Shown one piece after another: positions 58,360-64,000 of a stretch of DNA of 64,000 nucleotides (the first letter of the stretch is position 1; each line of letters begins with the position of its first letter). The notes beneath the pieces were generated by a model. The model had not been told where the DNA came from, did no database searches, and saw only the letters and a list, made by a program, of their open reading frames with translations. The position numbers were made by a program, and so were the translations under genes. The stretch comes from Lama glama. Lineage: Eukaryota. The stretch covers positions 14,198,001-14,262,000 of the forward strand of contig CM052826.1 of assembly GCA_028534125.1 (NCBI GenBank), in the 5' to 3' direction.

Positions 58360-61300
58360 CTGCGGAAAGACGAGGGGGTGGCGCGCGGGGGCCGGCTCAG
58401 TTCCGGCCTAGGCTGGGACCCGCCCCCCCGGGGTGGAATGGGGAACATGGCGGTGTGGATATGGAAAGGAAAGGGGTCGGGTGGCATTGGGTGGCAATGC
58501 AATGCGTGGGGAGGCCGCGGGTCCCAGGGTTGGGGATGGGATAGGGGCGGGGCGGTGAGATAGGGTGGGCGTGAGGAGGAGNNNNNNNNNNNNNNNNNNN
58601 NNNNNNNNNNNNNNNNNNNNNNNNNNNNNNNNNNNNNNNNNNNNNNNNNNNNNNNNNNNNNNNNNNNNNNNNNNNNNNNNNNNNNNNNNNNNNNNNNNNN
58701 NNNNNNNNNNNNNNNNNNNNNNNNNNNNNNNNNNNNNNNNNNNNNNNNNNNNNNNNNNNNNNNNNNNNNNNNNNNNNNNNNNNNNNNNNNNNNNGCGGGG
58801 TGCCCGGGGTGTTGCTCAGGCCGGCCACGGCGCCGGGGGAGCTCTGGGGGCGGCCGCCGTGAGCGCGGAGCGCCCCGCCGCCCAACCCGGACTAGGCCTC
58901 TCCACGCGGGCCCGCCCCCCGCCCCGCGCCGGAGAGCGGCCCCCTCACCTTCGGCAACCCGTCCAGATCGCCCGAGCCTGCGGACCGACAGAAAGCGGAC
59001 ACGCGGCTCAGACGCGCCGGCGCCACGGAGCCGGCTACACCAACCCCCTTCCCGAGGCCGCGCACCCTCCCTTGGCCCAGTCCACTGGGGCGCCGCTGGG
59101 GGTTCCGGGCGGAGGGCCCAGATTGAGGGTTGGGGGTGGTCAGTGCAGGCAGTCTGGCCTCCCCACTATTTCGTTACTGGACCCTCCTCCTCCCAGCGCA
59201 GCCCAAGTCACTGGGCTGCCCAGGGAGCTCAGGGTGCGCCCCCAATGCCCGCACGGCACACAGGCGGAGGGGCTGGAAGCCGCCAGGGGGCGCACGTGGC
59301 TCGCGAAGCAGCGGGTGGGGGTAGGGGTGGGGGGTGTGTCCATCTAGGGACACCCACTCACCCAGGGATCCGTTGACATGGTGAGGCTCCATCGCACTCA
59401 TGGCGGCCATGGGGCCCTCCGGACCAGGGCCGAGAGGGAACTGTAGGCATAGGGGCAGCGTGGGACTAGGGCCACCATCTCCCATCCCTCACCCTAGGGG
59501 TCATCGCCTCCCACCCAGAAAGTCCCCACTTACATTAGCCCTGCCGGCCCCCGGCCCGATGGGGTTCATGATGGTGTACATGTTCTCACTGGAGTTGGTG
59601 GAGTCTGGGGCGGCACATGAAGGGGGTGGGGTGTGAGGGGGCCTCATTAGAGAACACCCCTCCCTATGCCCGGCCAGACCATCGTACCTCCAGGGCTGGG
59701 CATGATGGGTGTGCCAGGAGGCCCACCTCCTCCTGGGGGTCCCTGCACACAGAGGGAGACAGAGAAGGTGAGAAAGGCTCCCCATCTGCCACCCCACAAT
59801 CCCTGCCCCCAGGTCGAGTTGCCCAGTGTTGGCCTCACTCACCGAGTAGCTGCCAGGGGAGGAGGAGGAGTAGGGGATCTGGGGAGAGGAGCAGCTGTGA
59901 GCAGTTGCCCCATACCACAGCACATTCTCCTAACCACCCACCCCATCCCAACACTCACCGAGTTGCCACTGGGGCTGGCCCACGGGCCACGCACCCCGGG
60001 TCCCCTGGAAGAGACAGTGGTAGACCCTGGGTCTTAAGCCAGGCAGTACACCCCCCAACCCCATGCCCCTAGAGCAGATGTTGGCTGAGAAGTAACCATG
60101 TAGGGATTCCAGGCCTGCCTTCAAATCCCAACCCATCACTCACTGGCCTCTGAGCCTTAGTCTCTCCACCCAAGAGTGGAGTAAACAATATCCGGGGCTG
60201 TTGTTGGCTTTTGGGTCTGCCCCAGCATACCCAGCCCAGGAAGCTGGGTGATGGCTCACGTGGGTACACCCCCAAGGGTCCCTGAGGGCCTTACATGCTC
60301 ATGGTGGGCAAACCCGGGCCAGCAAGAGAGTTGGGTGGGGGCCGCATGCCACCTCCGTAGCTCTGTGAAGGCACAAGGGCTGTGAGTGACGGCCAAGAGA
60401 GGGCAGCCCCTCAAGCTCCCCTTCCCCCTGGACCCTGCTCTTACCTGGGGCCCAACGCTGGTCATGCCCCGTGGAGGTGTCACCCTCTGCAGTGGGCCCA
60501 TGCTCGAGTGCCCTGAGGACAGAAGGAGGGCTCAGGCTGGGCCCATTCCCATGTGAACATGCACTGTGGTGGTGGGGGGTGTTCCTGTGCAGTGAGGCAG
60601 CAGGAAACTGGAACTGGGGTCCTGATGGGTTTGGGGGGACAGCAGCTGGAGCTTCCCTACTCACCCTGAGCACGCGGGGAGGGGTCCATGGTGCCAGGGA
60701 GGAGGGGCTGGGAGCCAGGGAGGCCCACGGGAGGCTGCAGAGGGGACGTGACAGCATTAAGTGTGGGTGCCCCTACTCTGGCCCAACTCCTGCCCACCCT
60801 CCCCTCATCCCTCTCTCACCTGACTCGGCATCCGCAGGGTGGGCCGGGGGCCCCCTGGGAACCGCGGTGACATGAAGGGCTGGAAGAGGTGGGCCGGAGA
60901 TCAGCACCTCCCCCCACCTGCTCACCCTCCAAAGCTACCCAGTTCCTGCTATGCCCAGTCCCCTAGCCTGGATACCCCTTGCTCCAGGACCAGCCAGTAA
61001 ACCTCAGCCAGCTGGCACCTGGGTGTGTGGGAGCATGGGACAGCAATGGGACTGGGTGGGGCAGTGACTGTTTAAGGGGGAGGGACATCACAGGTCCTTA
61101 CCTGAATGTGAGGCCCTATCATAGGGGTGTTGGGGTTGTGGGGGGAAGGCTGGGAGCCCGGAGGACAGAACCATGTGGGTTGGTAAGAGTGAGGTCACCC
61201 GAAGCTCCACAGTTTGCTGTGGCTCTGCTGAGCCTGGCCAGGAAGGGGAGGGGACAGGAGACCGTGGAGGCGGGTGAGTAGGCCAACTAGCCCTGCCCCA

Positions 61301-61688
61301 CAGCCTGGAGTGGGAAGTGTGGTCAGCCCTAAGGGTAGAGTCATGGGAAGGGTCATGGGCGGGACCCATGGCTCAGAGAGCCACGTTCTGTGGCTGCTGG
61401 CACCCTGACACACACAGGTCAAGTGCACAAAGACCCTGCCCTCTCCTGCGCTAGGGCCCAGCCCATGCAGCCCCTCCCTTGCTGGTTCTACCAAGGCTGG
61501 CATGTGCACACCCACTCACCCTGGCAGAGCCCCTGCCTGTCACCCTACGGACACAAGCCCACCCAGGTCGGGGACAGGGACCCCAGCTCTGGTTGTACCT
61601 GGAAGAAGCCGGGTGCCATGGGGCCTGATGCCATTGCATCATTGGGGGCCATGCTCCCCATCACTGGGCTGGGAGCCGCTGCAGCGCT
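58330..61688 (-). CDS. SSBP4: Single-stranded DNA-binding protein 4 (SSDP family, LDB1 partner), 3' part of the spliced CDS; N-terminal LUFS exons lie beyond the window
   Basis: Chain of small phase-compatible exons encoding [11 protein letters not shown]...[13 protein letters not shown]...[15 protein letters not shown]...YSPGMTMSV*. Confidence 0.96.
58795..58843 (-). CDS. SSBP4: SSBP4 penultimate exon, visible part ([16 protein letters not shown]...); remainder in gap 58582-58794
   Basis: ccccag| acceptor; runs into the N-gap. Confidence 0.9.
58949..58977 (-). CDS. SSBP4: SSBP4 exon (29 nt, SGDLDGLPK)
   Basis: tccgcag| ... |gtgagg. Confidence 0.92.
59362..59440 (-). CDS. SSBP4: SSBP4 exon (79 nt, [26 protein letters not shown])
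   Basis: cctacag| ... |gtgagt. Confidence 0.95.
59534..59604 (-). CDS. SSBP4: SSBP4 exon (71 nt, [24 protein letters not shown])
   Basis: ccccag| ... |gtaagt. Confidence 0.95.
59688..59742 (-). CDS. SSBP4: SSBP4 exon (55 nt, [18 protein letters not shown])
   Basis: gtgcag| ... |gtacga. Confidence 0.94.
59843..59878 (-). CDS. SSBP4: SSBP4 exon (36 nt, [12 protein letters not shown])
   Basis: ccccag| ... |gtgagt. Confidence 0.94.
59959..60004 (-). CDS. SSBP4: SSBP4 exon (46 nt, [15 protein letters not shown])
   Basis: cttccag| ... |gtgagt. Confidence 0.94.
60295..60362 (-). CDS. SSBP4: SSBP4 exon (68 nt, [22 protein letters not shown])
   Basis: ttcacag| ... |gtaagg. Confidence 0.94.
60445..60512 (-). 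CDS. SSBP4: SSBP4 exon (68 nt, [22 protein letters not shown])
   Basis: gtcctcag| ... |gtaaga. Confidence 0.94.
60665..60734 (-). CDS. SSBP4: SSBP4 exon (70 nt, [23 protein letters not shown])
   Basis: ctgcag| ... |gtgagt. Confidence 0.94.
60820..60879 (-). CDS. SSBP4: SSBP4 exon (60 nt, [20 protein letters not shown])
   Basis: cttccag| ... |gtgaga. Confidence 0.95.
61102..61167 (-). other. SSBP4: SSBP4 cassette-exon homolog ([22 protein letters not shown]) lacking the ancestral acceptor AG
   Basis: Donor cag|gtaagg intact; no AG at the expected 5' boundary; an in-frame internal AG would give 61102-61149. Confidence 0.7.
61599..61688 (-). CDS. SSBP4: SSBP4 exon (90 nt, [30 protein letters not shown])
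   Basis: cctgcag| ... |gtacaa. Confidence 0.94.
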
Positions 61689-63299
61689 CTGCAGGGGTTG
61701 GGGAGATGGCAAGAGCCAAGTCAGGTCACTCCCTGCCTGTGTCTCCTCTCCCCAAGCAGTCTGGCCCCAAGGAATGACGAACCCGAGCCATCTCTACTTA
61801 TGGGAGGATGTCTGGGCTCCAGGGGCACAGTGGATGGCAGGAGCTCTAGGTGAGGGAAGAGCCTCTGCCCCTGTCCCCACCCAGGTTTAGCAACCAGATG
61901 TGCTGGGTGGCCTTCAGCAAGGGCTCTGCCTCCTGTGGCACCTGAGACCCTGGAGGTGGTCAGAGCCCAGAATTGCTGAGCCCACAGCCCAGGGAGGAGG
62001 CCAGGGATCCCAGTCCCCAGTTAGTCCCCAGCCGGAGGACTCTGGGGGTCTGAAAATGCCATCCACCCAGGACTCCAGCGTGTGCCTCATCCTTCTAACA
62101 CAGGCTTGTTCTTTCGGTCTGAATCTAACTGCAGATGGGTGGAGGCACAGTCCCCCATTCCCTGCCCATCCCAACCAGCCAAGTCCTCCTGGCTAGCGAG
62201 GCAGCTTAGCTGGGCCCCCAAGACACCTCAAATAAACCGACAAAAAACAAAATCAATGGGCAGCTTCAAGATGAACCTCCCTCTCAGAGGGCTCTTCCTT
62301 GGAGCTACTGTGCAGACCACTTCCCCCTCCTCCTCCAGTAGGGAAGGGAAGGAAACAGAATTCTGGAGTGGGGTCTCCAAGCCCCCAACCTCTTTTCAGA
62401 TGGAAGTGGAGAGACTGGGTGCTTGAGAGGGGAGTTCCTGTATCTGCCAGGGGCAGAGATGCTGGTGGCAGGCCCAGAGTTGGCATGGGGACAGCTGACA
62501 GGCCACTTCCTCTGGTCAGTTCCAAGTCCCAGGCTTGTCTGCCTGTGGGGCCCACAGAGCAGGGGGAAGGGGGTGGGTGGGAATCTAGTCTGCAGGGCAG
62601 AGGGGACACATCCAAGGATAGGGAAGGGGAAGACACTGCAGGCACTGAGGAGAGAGCACTTCTCTTGGGGTCCCTTGACTCTTGTCTGTGCATCATCCCC
62701 CCTTCCCCTCCGAGGCCAGACCCCAAGAGGAAGGGGATGGTCTGTCTGGGTCACTGCCCCTGTCTGTGTCACACAGGGACACTCAGGAATTTGTGGGACT
62801 GCAGGCACTTGGGCTCAGAGGGGTTAAGCACTTTTCCCATGGTTACACAGCACATCTTGCCCTACAGGAGCAGGAAAGGGGCCCCTTGGCTGGGTCAGAG
62901 CAGGGCCCCTGGAGACACACCCCTCCCTTTGGGGGCCGTAGCCTGCCCTCCTTCCTGCTCCTTCTCAAAGGTCAGCCTCTAAAGGATTTCTGCCCTGGCC
63001 CCAAGCTGGGAGGGTATCAGTGCGAGCACTCCCAGGGCGCAGCACAAATCATTTGAAAGCCCAAGTGACCCTGTGTGTGGAGGGACAAAGCTCTCAGCCC
63101 CTCTCCAAACTGCTGAGTTACCCGAGCCGGGCCTCCACCTCACCTTGTCCCACAAACACAGCCCGATGGCCTAGAGCAGTTCTGCGTCTGCCTCAGTGAC
63201 TGGAGGGGGGTCAGCTCTGAGCTCTGGGCCTGTCCAGCCGCCTCCACCTCATGCCTCATGGTGGGGGCAGGAGGGCAGCCCGGCTTTTTGAGCCACAGC

Positions 63300-64000
63300 A
63301 GGCGCCAGAGCATTTCCTGGTCAGGGAGGGCGGAGGTAGGGGCAGCTGCGCCCGACTCCCGACCATGAGGTGTGGAGGCGGGGAGAAAATAAGGCACCCC
63401 TCACCCCCTGCGGCTCCCCAACCCTTGAAGGGTTAATCCAGGGCAGGACAGCCCACCCTCCCGGGCAAGTGGCCCAAGCTGGACCCCCCAAGTCAATCAT
63501 CTACCCAGAGGCGCCAGCCCGGCCCCACGTTGCCAAGACAACGGGCTGGGTGCGCTTTAGTTTCCTGGCGACGCGGAGGTCGGCCCCCAGCCCAGAGGCG
63601 CTGATGGAGCCCGCCACCAAGGGCGGGAGGAGGACGCCCCTCACCCCGCCTGCCAGTCCCAGTTAGCACAGAGGCGGGGCAGAACGTGCAGCGGCTGCAG
63701 CCTGAGGACACAGAGACCCTGCCACCCCAGGGCCTGGGCGCCACTCCCCTTCCCCTAACGCTGCGCCGCAGCCCTGGTAACCAGCGCGCGCCCCCGGGAA
63801 GCGCGCTCACTCCGGCGCGAGACCGCACAGCAAAGAAGACGACGCGGTTTGTGCTCCCTGGAGGAGCTAGGCTGGGGCAGGGGAGGGGCGAAGCCAGCGG
63901 CGGAGATGGAAGGGGGGACTGCAGCAGCCCGGAAGAGGGAACAGAGCCCAGGGGACCCTGGAGACGGGCAGCGAGGAGCTGGGGCTAGACTGGGGAGAGC
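63300..64000. promoter_or_regulatory. Intronic CpG island in SSBP4 (continues past the window)
   Basis: CpG density rises sharply (gcgcgccccc, cggcgcga, gacgcgg); no coding exon recognised. Confidence 0.65.

Larger units (their letters stand above)
58795..59320. promoter_or_regulatory. Intragenic CpG island over the SSBP4 3' exons
   Basis: Very high CpG/GC content, including in the introns. Confidence 0.65.

Noticed and set aside
1-64000. Hundreds of 60-260 aa ORFs in the six-frame track as novel genes or a novel system
   Set aside because: Expected by chance in GC-rich mammalian DNA; many start at GTG/TTG, overlap on both strands and show no recognisable domains. Those with real sequence are exon pieces of ELL, ISYNA1 and SSBP4.

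Overview
Mammalian genomic DNA, GC-rich and intron-rich, from a draft assembly with 7 N-gaps. It is probably a camelid, based on a tRNA-Ala-derived Vic-1-type SINE and no recognisable Alu, B1, Bov-tA or PRE-1. The window is the conserved ELL - ISYNA1 - SSBP4 block. ELL (+ strand) is present from intron 1 through exons 2-11; its last coding exon is hidden in the gap at 49025-49156 and its 3'UTR runs to about 51215. ISYNA1 (+ strand) is complete: CpG-island promoter, 10 coding exons, 557 aa. The 3' two-thirds of SSBP4 lies on the - strand, tail-to-tail with ISYNA1. The rest is intron containing ancient L1, L2, MIR, MLT, MER and Tigger fragments plus a few younger insertions. Almost all entries in the supplied ORF track are chance ORFs. 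I see no evidence of a wholly new multi-gene system. The best leads are RNA-processing and regulatory: an SSBP4 cassette exon that has lost its ancestral acceptor, a candidate intronic polyA isoform of ELL, tandem ELL 3'UTR polyA sites flanking a miRNA-site cluster, a homeodomain-motif island in ELL intron 6, and an RFX-motif CpG island inside SSBP4. Gene and repeat names come from my recall of orthologous and consensus sequences, not from database searches.
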